Shown in pieces: positions 10,626 to 21,127 of a DNA stretch of 64,000 nt. A program made the translations under genes and the position numbers. Source of the DNA: an uncultured virus (IMG/VR IMGVR_UViG_3300009500_000012) (taxonomy: Duplodnaviria; Heunggongvirae; Uroviricota; Caudoviricetes). A model generated the notes under the pieces. It did no database searches and was not told the DNA's origin. It worked only from the letters and a program-made list of their open reading frames with translations. Positions within the stretch are counted from its first letter, which is position 1, and the number at the start of each line of letters is the position of its first letter. Location: the IMG/VR virus record IMGVR_UViG_3300009500_000012; one strand, given 5' to 3'.

Positions 10626-11750
10626 TTATTTGGTACTAAAAGTTTTAAGGAAAACATCAAAGATTTTGTCTCGTTCATTAACATTAATACGCGATAGTAT
10701 GTTTTTCGTTACTTTATAAAGCATCTTATTCTCATAAGCATTGCTACTTTTTGCACTTTTTGCTAACCATTGTGATACAACTGCAATTGTAAATTTAAAA
10801 GCACTTGCTAATAAATGTTCGACTCTTAACATTAAAGGAGTCTTTGCTACAGGTTGTTTTTTTGGTGAACGAACAGGAATTCTATTCGAATTTTGTGGTT
10901 TTGGCTGTGGTCGATTATTATTACTTGGTCTTGGAGCCGGGGATGGATTATTTATATTTTGCTTTGGATGCTTTACTTGTGGAATAGGTTGTGTTTTCGC
11001 ATTTTGACTATTATTTTGGCTATTAGATTGAGAAGAAGGATTTTGTTGCTGTGGTATAGGTTGTGTATCTTGCTCAGTTAGGGGGGTTTTTGTAAATGTA
11101 TGTTCAGAACTAGAAGTAGGACCTTTTTTAATTAATTCATTAACAGCTTCTGTTGCTACATCTATTTCATTTTCAACATCTTTAATAGATTGTTGTGGAA
11201 CAAACTTTTTCAAATCATGTAAAAGAGCAACTTTATCTCTGTACCAAATAACCTGTTCTTCGAAAGAACCTTTTAAAGGAAAATTACCATAACTAGAAAA
11301 ATCTTTAGCAAGTTGATTTAAGAATTCTTTATGCTCTGGATTTTTGCCTAAAAATATACAATAATATTCATCTTCCACAACCATCTTGTTCCAAATTTTT
11401 TCAACAGCAGCATTACGACGACTTTTGTCTTTAATTTGTTTAGCTTCCATCATTTCGGGCATATATTTTTGAGTAACTTCTTCTCTATTTTTATGTCCTT
11501 CAGGTAATGGTGATTCTAATTTACGGTCCATCTTATCCCAATGTAAATCTTCGGGTTTATGACCGATAGTATCATAAGGACCAGCCTGAATTGTTCCATC
11601 AACAAGAAATACATGGACACCATTTGGCATAGTTTTCCATGTTCCTTTTTTTAATTGATTGTCAATGAAAACAAAATCATAATCGTTATTAGCCGCTATA
11701 ACTAATAAGTCTCGGGAAAGATAATCAAGAAAATTTGGATTATTTAACAT
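10626..11750 (-). CDS. hypothetical protein with Q/N/P-rich linker
   Basis: 374 aa; N-terminal W.T.PNG.HVF..DG.I.AGP segment. Confidence 0.6.
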   Translation of the reverse strand: MLNNPNFLDYLSRDLLVIAANNDYDFVFIDNQLKKGTWKTMPNGVHVFLVDGTIQAGPYDTIGHKPEDLHWDKMDRKLESPLPEGHKNREEVTQKYMPEMMEAKQIKDKSRRNAAVEKIWNKMVVEDEYYCIFLGKNPEHKEFLNQLAKDFSSYGNFPLKGSFEEQVIWYRDKVALLHDLKKFVPQQSIKDVENEIDVATEAVNELIKKGPTSSSEHTFTKTPLTEQDTQPIPQQQNPSSQSNSQNNSQNAKTQPIPQVKHPKQNINNPSPAPRPSNNNRPQPKPQNSNRIPVRSPKKQPVAKTPLMLRVEHLLASAFKFTIAVVSQWLAKSAKSSNAYENKMLYKVTKNILSRINVNERDKIFDVFLKTFSTK

Positions 11751-11752
11751 AA

Positions 11753-11992
11753 TTACAACTTTGGACTAGAATATTTGTATAATTCAGTAGGACTATTCCA
11801 ATCAAATATAAAACCTTGGTCAATATTGATTCCTATTCTTCTGTTTTTAATTGCAGGATATTTAACAAGCATATTGTGCCAGAATTTTGTACGAGCATCA
11901 TAATATTCAGCCGTTAAACCTTGTTTAGCCATTTTAGCTATTGCGCGCATACATTGTTTATCTTCTTCGTCTATAATTACTAATATTTCCAT
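11753..11992 (-). CDS. hypothetical protein
   Basis: 79 aa in operon. Confidence 0.5.
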   Translation of the reverse strand: MEILVIIDEEDKQCMRAIAKMAKQGLTAEYYDARTKFWHNMLVKYPAIKNRRIGINIDQGFIFDWNSPTELYKYSSPKL

Positions 11993-12326
11993 GAAAAAAC
12001 CACCTAAATATCCTCAAACCCCGATGCGAAATTGTCTTTATTGTAATCACTTCAATAAGGTCGCTGTTTCCTGTGATTCACCTAAAGCACATCTTATTGC
12101 TACTTTCAATCCTAATCAAGAAAAAGATTGTATTTTATTTAAATATGATAGAACAGAAAATCCTGAAGTTCCTGAGAAGTTATTTGCTGAAAAATTTTGT
12201 ATCGGTAAAAAGTGTCCTTATTATTTTGCATCTAAAAGAATTTGTACAAGACCAAGTTTGTGCCCCTATAAAGATGAAGAACCAGATATTTTTAATTCTA
12301 TACAATTAAAAGAAGATAAATCTTAA
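11991..12326 (+). CDS. Cys-rich hypothetical protein
   Basis: CLYC, CPY x2; fills gap on opposite strand. Confidence 0.5.
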   Translation: MKKPPKYPQTPMRNCLYCNHFNKVAVSCDSPKAHLIATFNPNQEKDCILFKYDRTENPEVPEKLFAEKFCIGKKCPYYFASKRICTRPSLCPYKDEEPDIFNSIQLKEDKS

Positions 12327-12967
12327 ATTTTTTCAGGTTTTTCTTCTTCAAAAGTTACATCAACATCTGTATAATTTGGTCTTTCTCCAGGTGCGGGAGT
12401 CCTTAAAACTAACGGTGGAACATTTTCTGGATTGCTTGCCCAAGCCTTGAAATTTTGTACATCTGAATTTGATTCTTCAGCATCCAAAGAGTCCTTAGCA
12501 AGCAATTGTTTGATATCTGATGATGCACTATCACCTTTAGCTGTTTTTTCTGGAAGCAATCCTAATGCTTTTAATGACGCATGTATTTGTCCATGCGGGT
12601 CTTGTGAAGCAACTCGGTCAAAAAATCTTCCAAAAAAAGATTCTAAACGACTTTTACGTTGAACTCTAACAAGCCCATTACATAAAAGAATAAGTTCAAT
12701 TTCCATTGCTGTTGAAAATTCACCATATTTATCTAATAAATCTTTTTTTAATCTATTAAAATATTCAGAAGCAACATCTTTATCTTCACGTTTAAAATAC
12801 ATTGTATCTGGACGTAAAGCATATTTAGGTTCTTTTCTTAATTTATTTTTTGTTTTTTCTAAATTTTCAAGATTTTTTTGTTTAGTTTTACGACGGTCTT
12901 TTCCATCATTATCATTCATCTTGCGAACTTTTTCGTCTAAAAACTCATCTTCGTCTTCAAATAACAT
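12323..12967 (-). CDS. hypothetical, possible terminase small subunit
   Basis: helical, LILLC...LKALGL pattern reminiscent of TerS; weak. Confidence 0.4.
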   Translation of the reverse strand: MLFEDEDEFLDEKVRKMNDNDGKDRRKTKQKNLENLEKTKNKLRKEPKYALRPDTMYFKREDKDVASEYFNRLKKDLLDKYGEFSTAMEIELILLCNGLVRVQRKSRLESFFGRFFDRVASQDPHGQIHASLKALGLLPEKTAKGDSASSDIKQLLAKDSLDAEESNSDVQNFKAWASNPENVPPLVLRTPAPGERPNYTDVDVTFEEEKPEKI

Positions 12968-12974
12968 TTAAATT

Positions 12975-13448
12975 TTAACCTTTACCTGTTTTATCTAAAT
13001 AATTTAAATAATCTAAGGCTGCTTTTACTTCTTCAGGCATATTAACTGGTAAATTAGTATTTGAACCAATAGGTTTGCCTTTTTCTTTTTTATAAACTTC
13101 TGGCAAATTAGTAACTGCTGCAAAAGGAGCATCTTCATGAGCTTTTTCAAGTTCTTTTGAAACTTCTTTTTCAACATTCATACCCTGATTATTACGAATG
13201 TTTGCCATTGGGATATCTTTGTCATTTGTTGTATCTTTATATGTTTCTGGAAGTGGTTTAACAGGCTTGTAAGGAACTTTTTCCATTCTACCGCCTTTAT
13301 CTGAATTAAATAATAATGTTTTAGTATCACGCATTTCATATGATTCTAAATCATCTAATAATTCATTAAGTTTATTTGGATGTGAAAAAATTTCTTCTGC
13401 TTTAGGGGTAGAAACGTGATGCGTGTCCATATTATCTTTATCAGCCAT
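12975..13448 (-). CDS. hypothetical protein
   Basis: 157 aa, AAGGAG RBS. Confidence 0.65.
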   Translation of the reverse strand: MADKDNMDTHHVSTPKAEEIFSHPNKLNELLDDLESYEMRDTKTLLFNSDKGGRMEKVPYKPVKPLPETYKDTTNDKDIPMANIRNNQGMNVEKEVSKELEKAHEDAPFAAVTNLPEVYKKEKGKPIGSNTNLPVNMPEEVKAALDYLNYLDKTGKG

Positions 13449-13577
13449 TATATTTAGACTCCTTTTAAGGGTTTACAAATTTAAAATATGCATTTATACT
13501 ATGAAAGAAGCAGAATGAACAATAAAATAGGACGCTCCTAAAAGCATCCTATAATATTTTAACTAAATTATACTTGA

Positions 13578-13778
13578 TTATGAACTTGAAAGAAGGTATA
13601 TTTCTTTTGCTCCACCAATAATAACTTGAACTAGTGTCCAATTAACACCATGTAAATATGTTAATGCTGGTGCAGTATCAATTATAGTAGTCGGCGAAGC
13701 AGCAACACTTTTACCACCAATTTCTTTACCATTAGCAAAATCAATCAATTGTTGATAGTCTAATTCTAAATATGTCAT
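13578..13778 (-). CDS. hypothetical protein
   Basis: 66 aa, AGGT RBS. Confidence 0.5.
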   Translation of the reverse strand: MTYLELDYQQLIDFANGKEIGGKSVAASPTTIIDTAPALTYLHGVNWTLVQVIIGGAKEIYLLSSS

Positions 13779-13803
13779 TGCTTACCTATATCAATCTTTT
13801 AAC

Positions 13804-14034
13804 TTAAGCCTTTGAAACTACAATAAGAGTGCTACCAATTTGGAATGATAAATTGGTAAAGTTAGATAAAACTAATTCTTCTAATGCTGCTAATGCTGAA
13901 GCAAAAGTAAATTTAACAGGCGCACCATTATTAGTTGCAGTAATTGAATAACCATCAAAACTGATTGTATCTTTTCCAGATGCAACTGCGGTAATAGCTG
14001 TTGATAATAATTGAAGATATTGTAAAACGCTCAT
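13804..14034 (-). CDS. hypothetical protein
   Basis: 76 aa, AGGAG RBS. Confidence 0.6.
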   Translation of the reverse strand: MSVLQYLQLLSTAITAVASGKDTISFDGYSITATNNGAPVKFTFASALAALEELVLSNFTNLSFQIGSTLIVVSKA

Positions 14035-14103
14035 TGTAATTCTCCTAAAGGGAAGTGTACAAATATATACTACGCAAAGGAGAATTATTAGTAACTTAGA
14101 ATA

Positions 14104-14442
14104 TTACGAAGACAATAAAATTTTACTTTTCTCTTGATACTGTAACAAAGAATTACATTTTGCATTGAAAAGTTGATTTCCTAATTGAGTTGTTACATCA
14201 TAACTAAACTTTTCAATACCAGCCAATGTATCTTCGACATTATTTTTTGATAAAAATGACAAATCTAAAACAAAATTTACTGCAATTGCTTGGGCATCAG
14301 TTGCAATATCAGCAATTTGATAAACAAAACTCAATGCATCTTGTTTACCAAAAGAAACATTTAAACCTGCTTGGCGCATAAATGCAAATAATGCAACCGC
14401 AACTCTTTCAATAAAAATATCGTTATTATTTGATTCTTCCAT
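14104..14442 (-). CDS. hypothetical protein
   Basis: 112 aa, AGGAG RBS. Confidence 0.6.
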   Translation of the reverse strand: MEESNNNDIFIERVAVALFAFMRQAGLNVSFGKQDALSFVYQIADIATDAQAIAVNFVLDLSFLSKNNVEDTLAGIEKFSYDVTTQLGNQLFNAKCNSLLQYQEKSKILLSS

Positions 14443-14450
14443 ATATTCTC

Positions 14451-14681
14451 CTAAACTATTCTAAATTGAAATCTCAAATAAGGTTTTTTGCTGTTTTCTT
14501 TTTGAACATTTTCAATTTCTTTAGCATATTCTTGCTTCTTCTTTATTCTAGTAATATTTGAAGAAAGTTGCTCATAAGTTTTGAAGCCACTAACAATATT
14601 TTCACAACTAACACAAATCAATGTCTCGGAATCGAATTGTTTTAAATTTTTACTAGAACATATTGGACATTTTAACTTCAT
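14451..14681 (-). CDS. zinc-ribbon protein
   Basis: CPIC...CVSC; TAATG coupling. Confidence 0.6.
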   Translation of the reverse strand: MKLKCPICSSKNLKQFDSETLICVSCENIVSGFKTYEQLSSNITRIKKKQEYAKEIENVQKENSKKPYLRFQFRIV

Positions 14682-14899
14682 TAATAAGTAAAACCAAAAG
14701 ATGTGTCAGGTAAAAATGCCAAACAAAATATACCAGATTCTTTTTGTTCCTCTGTGGCATAAGGAACATAGGTTCCATCATCAAGAAAAAATACTACACG
14801 ACCTGCTTTTTTAAATTCATGTTCGAACTTAGCCATACGTTCCATAGTTTTTTCAAAGGTAAGTTCTTCTTGATTACGATTATTGTCTTCAAAATCCAT
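14681..14899 (-). CDS. hypothetical protein
   Basis: 72 aa, coupled. Confidence 0.55.
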   Translation of the reverse strand: MDFEDNNRNQEELTFEKTMERMAKFEHEFKKAGRVVFFLDDGTYVPYATEEQKESGIFCLAFLPDTSFGFTY

Positions 14900-14910
14900 G
14901 ATTACACCCT

Positions 14911-15210
14911 TTACATAGAATCTACCGATGTTGAAAGTAGCAATGATTTATATTCTTCAATCATATCTTCGTTTTCAATAAAATAATATGTAATTTGACT
15001 CATCTTTGTTTGACGAGCAAGTTCTTTTAAGAACAATTCTGTATCAGAAGGCACAACATGTCCGTAAACACTAACCATTGTTGCATTATAAGGGCGATGA
15101 GCATTATTTGTTAAAACCCAAATCCTACCATCATCTTGTAAAGTAAAAATACCTACAACTTCTGGTTTGGATTTAGGTTCTTTTTGAAACATTGCTATTG
15201 TTGCGCTCAT
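14911..15210 (-). CDS. hypothetical protein
   Basis: 99 aa, AGGAG RBS. Confidence 0.6.
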   Translation of the reverse strand: MSATIAMFQKEPKSKPEVVGIFTLQDDGRIWVLTNNAHRPYNATMVSVYGHVVPSDTELFLKELARQTKMSQITYYFIENEDMIEEYKSLLLSTSVDSM

Positions 15211-15211
15211 T

Positions 15212-15751
15212 TTAAACTCCTAAGTGTTTACAAACGGTATCCAAAATCTCTTGAGGAGAAAGATTGTCTGTATTCACAAACAAATTTGGTTCTTCTTTTA
15301 AAGAATATTTGCTGGAATCATAAAAAGCACGTTCTGGCATTTGAAAAGGAACTTTATTTCCTTTTTCATCAATTGTCCAGCGGTCAGACCTCATAAGTTC
15401 GCGATTTTTCCAAGTATCATAACTACAAGCAAGTCTAATAACCTGAGAAGAATACTTAGAACGAAATTCCTCTACCATCTTGCGAAAATCTTCAGACATA
15501 CCAGTAGAATTAGCAATAACTTTACGACCCGCAGAAAGTTCATTTTCTACGCGCCTACGTAAGGTTGCAAAAGTATCAAAGAATTTACCATCACGACCAA
15601 TTCCTTTTGATTTTCCTCCTGGTTGACCACTTAATTCAGTACGAATGGCATCAGAAGAAAAAACCTTACAACCAAGTTTTATGGCTAAGGCATCGCAAAG
15701 AGTGTCTTTTCCTGAAGAAACATTACCTACAACTACTAAAAGTTCGTTCAT
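15212..15751 (-). CDS. P-loop kinase (AAA_33 / polynucleotide kinase-like)
   Basis: VVGNVSSGKDT Walker A, SSDAIR, R...R lid. Confidence 0.75.
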   Translation of the reverse strand: MNELLVVVGNVSSGKDTLCDALAIKLGCKVFSSDAIRTELSGQPGGKSKGIGRDGKFFDTFATLRRRVENELSAGRKVIANSTGMSEDFRKMVEEFRSKYSSQVIRLACSYDTWKNRELMRSDRWTIDEKGNKVPFQMPERAFYDSSKYSLKEEPNLFVNTDNLSPQEILDTVCKHLGV

Positions 15752-15777
15752 ATTTTTAGTCCTCTCTTAGTAGTATA

Positions 15778-16926
15778 CTATACTCCGAAAGTATTTTCAA
15801 ATTCAACCAAAGCCTTTTTAAGTTTTTCAAAATTTGAATCGAAAGATTCTCTTTTATTATCAAAAGAAGGCTTGTTCAAATTGTTTGCTACTTCATCATG
15901 ACATTCTATCATTTCAGGTGATATAGAAGAAAAAACAATATCTGCTAAATCTCTATCGCCAATTCTTAACATCAAATCTTTAATTGGCGTATAGTTTTCT
16001 CTAGTTATTCTTAATCTAACCATAAGAGCAGTTGTCATTTGTTCTGGAGTTAAGAACGTTGCAAATTCATGTTGAGAAAGAAAAACATTTCCATTGGAAT
16101 CAATAAAATGACGTTCAAATCTTTCGCGGACTTGATTATTTACAAGAGCATAGGCTGTCCAATGTTGGATTAAAAAATAAAATGCTCTTTTTTGTTCGGA
16201 TTGATAATCATAATTACTAGTCATAGGATAAAGTTGAAATGTTTGATTTTCCAATAAAGTTACTGCATCATGGAAAGCCGTTGCAGTAACTAATTTATCA
16301 TTTAAATGACCAAAAAATACTTCCTCACATTGCAATCCTAAAAGTTTACCAGCTTGTGCAGCCAAGACTCTATTAACTGCTGAATAAGCATCATCAACGT
16401 ATCCATTAATCAAAAATGGGACACCATTAATATCTTTCCATAATTTCATAGGAATAGTATTGAAAGATACCGGACTTTTTATGGTTTTATAAACGCTTAA
16501 ATCGCCTAAATCTAATTGGTCATATGACATAAATGGAAAACGGAAAAGACCAAATTTTTTAACATTAATTTTAGGCGCTTTATAATCAGACTTAGGTTCC
16601 GTAGAATTTTGACTAAGTTGTTGCTCATCATTTATAAATACAGATTGTTTTAATTTATTTAATAAATCAATATTAGATTGTCCGTAAGACTTTAAGAATG
16701 CTTGCATTTTTGGGTCTATTGGACGATATTCGTTTACAAATTTCAAAAATTCAAGGACTGCATTTTGAGCATTTTTAATATTTTTGCTTTGTTGTATTGC
16801 TTGAGTTAATTGTTCTAATCTAGTTTGCAATCTTGGATAAGAAGCGGTATTAGCAGCAATAAGGCCAGCTATAATTGGCATAACTACATTAGCATCTAAT
16901 TTAGGTTGTACGGTTCCATTAGCCAT
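15778..16926 (-). CDS. hypothetical protein, C-half weakly HipA/PI3K-kinase-like
   Basis: AVNRVLAAQAGKLLGL segment; catalytic residues not evident. Confidence 0.5.
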   Translation of the reverse strand: MANGTVQPKLDANVVMPIIAGLIAANTASYPRLQTRLEQLTQAIQQSKNIKNAQNAVLEFLKFVNEYRPIDPKMQAFLKSYGQSNIDLLNKLKQSVFINDEQQLSQNSTEPKSDYKAPKINVKKFGLFRFPFMSYDQLDLGDLSVYKTIKSPVSFNTIPMKLWKDINGVPFLINGYVDDAYSAVNRVLAAQAGKLLGLQCEEVFFGHLNDKLVTATAFHDAVTLLENQTFQLYPMTSNYDYQSEQKRAFYFLIQHWTAYALVNNQVRERFERHFIDSNGNVFLSQHEFATFLTPEQMTTALMVRLRITRENYTPIKDLMLRIGDRDLADIVFSSISPEMIECHDEVANNLNKPSFDNKRESFDSNFEKLKKALVEFENTFGV

Positions 16927-17277
16927 TTATATTTGCCTCAAATAATTTAAAACTTCATCTTTACAGATTGTTTCATACTCATCCATAATATTTTGAAATA
17001 TAGATGGTGTAAAATTTTCATCATAAGGTTCAATTTTTAAATTAATTAGTTTATTTAAAACATCTTGATATTTATTAACATTATTTTTATCAAGAAGATT
17101 TTGAATTTTTTTGATTCTATCTTCTATCTTATCAAGAACTGACTTTTTAAAATTCTTTGATTTTTTTGACTTAATATTTTTTGGTTCAATTCCGTAATAT
17201 TCTCTTATTTGTTCCATAAAATCGTGACTTGCGCCACGCTCACTAACATTTACAATGTTTTTGCATAGACGGCACAT
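16927..17277 (-). CDS. hypothetical protein
   Basis: 116 aa, GGAG RBS. Confidence 0.55.
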   Translation of the reverse strand: MCRLCKNIVNVSERGASHDFMEQIREYYGIEPKNIKSKKSKNFKKSVLDKIEDRIKKIQNLLDKNNVNKYQDVLNKLINLKIEPYDENFTPSIFQNIMDEYETICKDEVLNYLRQI

Positions 17278-17302
17278 TTCGATTCTCCATGATTTTAAAT
17301 TT

Positions 17303-17629
17303 TTAGATAGGTCTATTTATGTATTCACCTTTATCTAAGCGTTTAATTAATTCATTTTGACATTCGAAATGTACTTCAAGTAAAATATTAGGGATTCTAA
17401 GATAATCAGGTAGCCCACCAACATAAGCGCGCGTATCTAATACTTTATAACCTATAAGCCAATTGTTACCATTTTGTCGTACCCACATAAAGTCATCACA
17501 AATGCAGCATTTTATTGAACTTCTAGTTTCTTTAATTCGACCATATTCGCCTTCGGTATAACGTGTTGTTTCGGTATCCAAAGTTGATTCAATGAAAGAA
17601 TTAGAGCGAGTCATAGTAAGATGATTCAT
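17303..17629 (-). CDS. hypothetical protein
   Basis: 108 aa. Confidence 0.5.
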   Translation of the reverse strand: MNHLTMTRSNSFIESTLDTETTRYTEGEYGRIKETRSSIKCCICDDFMWVRQNGNNWLIGYKVLDTRAYVGGLPDYLRIPNILLEVHFECQNELIKRLDKGEYINRPI

Positions 17630-17706
17630 GGTGATTACCTTTCAATTTTTTAGGGAGGTAACTTCTTCTATCAAATAAAATATGAAAGTAGAAGTAGATA
17701 ATAGTT

Positions 17707-17994
17707 TTATTTCCCGTATCCCATTGGACAATCATTTGGAGCAGGATTATCCATATGTGATACTTCATTTGTTAATTCATATGTACAACCCAATTTGTTA
17801 GGAAAAGAATTATATTTACAAGTCGAACAAACAAAGGGAATCCATGTCTCGAATGGTATCAAATCTAGACGCTCAACGTGCGGAATCGAATCTAAAATTT
17901 GATTTGCTAATTTTTGTTTAGAAAATATATTACCTTCACTATCAAAAAGTCTCGGTAATATATTTTCTATCATTTTAGTTAATTTTTTTCTCAT
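17707..17994 (-). CDS. hypothetical protein
   Basis: 95 aa, GGAG RBS. Confidence 0.5.
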   Translation of the reverse strand: MRKKLTKMIENILPRLFDSEGNIFSKQKLANQILDSIPHVERLDLIPFETWIPFVCSTCKYNSFPNKLGCTYELTNEVSHMDNPAPNDCPMGYGK

Positions 17995-18066
17995 TCATTC
18001 GCTCCATTTTCTGTCGTTAATTAGTATCATAATAAAAGAAGCAAAACAAAAAATAGGAAACATATT

Positions 18067-18411
18067 ATGGAAGATGAAGAAAAATTTGAAGAGAAAAATC
18101 TTGACAATCAATTATACAGGATAACACCTTCAAATAAAACAACAATTTTAACAGCATTAAAAATTTATAGCCAACTTCCGCTGAATATAAATAAAGCAAA
18201 TGTTGAGCAAATTTTAAAAGATTTAGAAACACCAATTCAAATTAATTCAGAGACGAATATTGAAATAAAAAATACTATGCAAAACGAAACTTTAAAAAAT
18301 AAATTACAAGTCTTGAAAAGAGCTATGACCGAAACAAAAGAAAAAACAACAAACCCTGAAAATAAAAAACTAATTGAACGCCTAATAGATATGATTCCTG
18401 AAGTTGTATAA
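18067..18411 (+). CDS. hypothetical protein
   Basis: 114 aa, first of plus-strand block. Confidence 0.6.
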   Translation: MEDEEKFEEKNLDNQLYRITPSNKTTILTALKIYSQLPLNINKANVEQILKDLETPIQINSETNIEIKNTMQNETLKNKLQVLKRAMTETKEKTTNPENKKLIERLIDMIPEVV

Positions 18412-18451
18412 TCTATAGAGAATCATTCCTATTTAACCTTGATGAAAGACT

Positions 18452-18859
18452 ATGAATACACGAACTCATTTGCTAGATAAATTGCAATCAGATTTGCGAT
18501 TTAAAAATTTTTTCGAAGAACAAGCCAGCAATACAGATTATGAATTGACATTAACTATTCTTGAGTTATTTGAACCATATATGACTATATTGAAAGACCA
18601 AATAACAAAAGAAGGTTATGAATTAGCAGTTCATGCGTTTGTTTCTAAACCAAAATTATTGTCCTTAGACCTACAAAAAATGGATGAAGATATTATTCTT
18701 TTTGATTTTTGTTGGGAGCCTTTAAACAAAAGAAAAGAATTTATACCTCATGAATTTAATCCAAAATCACTTTCTAAAAAAATTATAGATTCATGTTTGG
18801 CCGAATTTAGTAGAGACATTGGCATTACTGCGGAGCTTTTTACAGATGCAAGATTTTAG
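18452..18859 (+). CDS. hypothetical protein
   Basis: 135 aa. Confidence 0.6.
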   Translation: MNTRTHLLDKLQSDLRFKNFFEEQASNTDYELTLTILELFEPYMTILKDQITKEGYELAVHAFVSKPKLLSLDLQKMDEDIILFDFCWEPLNKRKEFIPHEFNPKSLSKKIIDSCLAEFSRDIGITAELFTDARF

Positions 18860-19349
18860 TTCTAAGATTGAAATTGCAACTAAAGAAATTCTAAAACCCG
18901 CAATTCATAAATTTATAACTAAAATCCAAAATGATGTTGATAAAATAACAGTAGAAATTTCTGAATTTCTAAAACCTTATTTTTACATGAATATTCCAGA
19001 ATCAGCAATATGTGGTTTAGTACATCCTGTTCTAGAAATTCAATCTAAAGATATTGCGCCAGATTATCAAATTCAAGCAATGCCTGAATGGTATGCCTAT
19101 TATTTTCACAAAGATGGAACAACATCAGATATTATGGGTAATGACCTTGATAATTACTATAATCTTTTAGTAAAAGTTAATAAAGAATTTACTGATAAAA
19201 ACAATATATTAATAAATCTTTATGCTGTGCGTTCAAGTATTCATAAAAAATTGATTTTTTCTTATATTGATAAAAATAAAATGGCAGATAAGTTTTCCAT
19301 TATGGGCCTAAAAGTTTTTGGTCAAAATCCATTAACTTTGATAGAATAG
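18846..19349 (+). CDS. hypothetical protein
   Basis: ATG 18846 preferred over TTG 18819. Confidence 0.55.
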   Translation: MQDFSSKIEIATKEILKPAIHKFITKIQNDVDKITVEISEFLKPYFYMNIPESAICGLVHPVLEIQSKDIAPDYQIQAMPEWYAYYFHKDGTTSDIMGNDLDNYYNLLVKVNKEFTDKNNILINLYAVRSSIHKKLIFSYIDKNKMADKFSIMGLKVFGQNPLTLIE

Positions 19350-19358
19350 AGGACAATT

Positions 19359-19751
19359 TTGATAGAAAGAAAAAATAGTGGCAAAAGATTCACGGGTCTT
19401 GAACAATGGAAATCTGAATTTTTTCAAAAGAATTATGTTAAAGTAATTGATATACAATCAATAGATTGTAATACTAAAACCAAACTTTACCGCTTTTATA
19501 TTTTGGTTAATTATACAAAACGTACTTCTGAAGAAAAAAAATCATCATTAACACTTCTTGAACAAGTTATAGAAATTCGTGATATTGAAGACTCAAGAGA
19601 CATACGGCGCGCAAGGAGAGCATTTGAATATCGTGCCAATGCCGCCATTAATAAAACAAAAGCAAAGAATCCAAATTTTCAAAAAATGTTTGCGGAAATA
19701 CCGCTTACAAAACTAGACTGGGGTCATTTTTACCCAGATGGTTTTAACTAA
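19359..19751 (+). CDS. hypothetical protein
   Basis: GAGGA RBS, TTG start. Confidence 0.55.
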   Translation: MIERKNSGKRFTGLEQWKSEFFQKNYVKVIDIQSIDCNTKTKLYRFYILVNYTKRTSEEKKSSLTLLEQVIEIRDIEDSRDIRRARRAFEYRANAAINKTKAKNPNFQKMFAEIPLTKLDWGHFYPDGFN

Positions 19752-19772
19752 ATAATAATAAGGAAAAGCACA

Positions 19773-20537
19773 ATGAAACCTAAAAGATTAAGCGATGAAT
19801 CTGAGATTACCGCAAATCAAAAGTTGTCAAATGCTATTGAATTATTAACAGATGTTGCGAATGAAGTTAAAGATAACAGAATAGCAAATTATGCACGTTC
19901 TGCATCCTTAACAACAACCTCTTTAGATTCACAAGCACTTAATTATGCAGCAACAAGCGTTGCTCAACCAGCAACTTTTGGAACAAACAACAACTCACAC
20001 TATGTTGGTGATGTTGTATTACCATCTTCACCTTTACCATTTCCTCAACAAAAAGACCTTGCTCTTCAAAATTTTCAATGGGGTTCAACACATACTTTAC
20101 CTCAATTTTTTGAAGCATATGACCTTGGTAAATATCCAGTTGTTGATATTTCAGAAACAAATATTAAAACTATGGGCTGGGAAGATGGCAAAACTATTTA
20201 TAAAGAATCTAAAGGGTATTTAGTAAATATTTTTGTTCCGGGAGTTAATAAAGAATTAATTGAAATTGAACTTAAAGAGGGTGGATATGCAGGGGTGGCA
20301 TTTTTTCCTCCTAAAATGCAAATTCGTGTTCGTAAAAATTCAACAGATGAAAAAGTTTATATTTTAAAAGAATCAAAAACATCATTCGCACATCGAATTG
20401 TTAGTTTACCTGCCGATGCAGATATTACTACAATTACATCTGGAAAAATGTCGGATGGAGTTTTAAGTTTTACAATTCTCAAAGATGAAAAACCTGAACA
20501 ACCTGTTATTCAAAAGAAAAAAGTTCAAATAAAATAA
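19773..20537 (+). CDS. Hsp20/alpha-crystallin family protein with N-terminal extension
   Basis: VPGVNKELIEI, RIVSLPADAD, MSDGVLSFTILK, C-terminal VQI. Confidence 0.8.
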   Translation: MKPKRLSDESEITANQKLSNAIELLTDVANEVKDNRIANYARSASLTTTSLDSQALNYAATSVAQPATFGTNNNSHYVGDVVLPSSPLPFPQQKDLALQNFQWGSTHTLPQFFEAYDLGKYPVVDISETNIKTMGWEDGKTIYKESKGYLVNIFVPGVNKELIEIELKEGGYAGVAFFPPKMQIRVRKNSTDEKVYILKESKTSFAHRIVSLPADADITTITSGKMSDGVLSFTILKDEKPEQPVIQKKKVQIK

Positions 20538-20567
20538 AAAAGAGGGCGGAAAAATGCCGCCTTCTTT
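20537..20567. terminator. bidirectional terminator
   Basis: AAGAGGGCGG-AAAAATG-CCGCCTTCTT between convergent genes. Confidence 0.65.
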
Positions 20568-21065
20568 CTATTTTTCAAATTTACGTTGTTTTGAACCACC
20601 AACACTCTCCTCGTTAATGGCTCGCTCAAAAAATCCTACAGGCAATCGAATTTCAGGATTTGAAAAAACCCACATGTGATATTGATTTGCGGTATCAACC
20701 TTACGCGATTCAGCAGGGTAAATTTCAAATCCTTCATTTTCTTCGCCAACAAGAGCATTCTTAATATCTTGCATTATCCGCCAGTCACGAATTGGTTCTT
20801 TATCTGTACGTTTAATAGAGAGCCAAATAACTTCAGGAAAGGTGGAACCTTCTGGTTGTTCTGCTATACGAACATTTACTTGATATTCTTTATTTTCATC
20901 TAAATAAACTTTATCATTTTTAATGATTTCCTCATCCATAAGAGTTACTGCTTTTAGAGCATCATCAAATGATATAGGATTTTTAGATGTTTTTACTACA
21001 ACCTTAGCACGTTCTATTCTTTGTTCTATAGAAGATGGATATAAGAATGCTTTAGAAAATTTCAT
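20568..21065 (-). CDS. conserved phage protein (DUF7694-like)
   Basis: WLSIKR.D, DW..MQ.IKN, EIYPAES..VD.ANQYHMW. Confidence 0.65.
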   Translation of the reverse strand: MKFSKAFLYPSSIEQRIERAKVVVKTSKNPISFDDALKAVTLMDEEIIKNDKVYLDENKEYQVNVRIAEQPEGSTFPEVIWLSIKRTDKEPIRDWRIMQDIKNALVGEENEGFEIYPAESRKVDTANQYHMWVFSNPEIRLPVGFFERAINEESVGGSKQRKFEK

Positions 21066-21127
21066 TTTACTCTTCTTCTTTTGAGAATCATTTTTTATCT
21101 ATTGACTAGTCTGATATACTATACCAC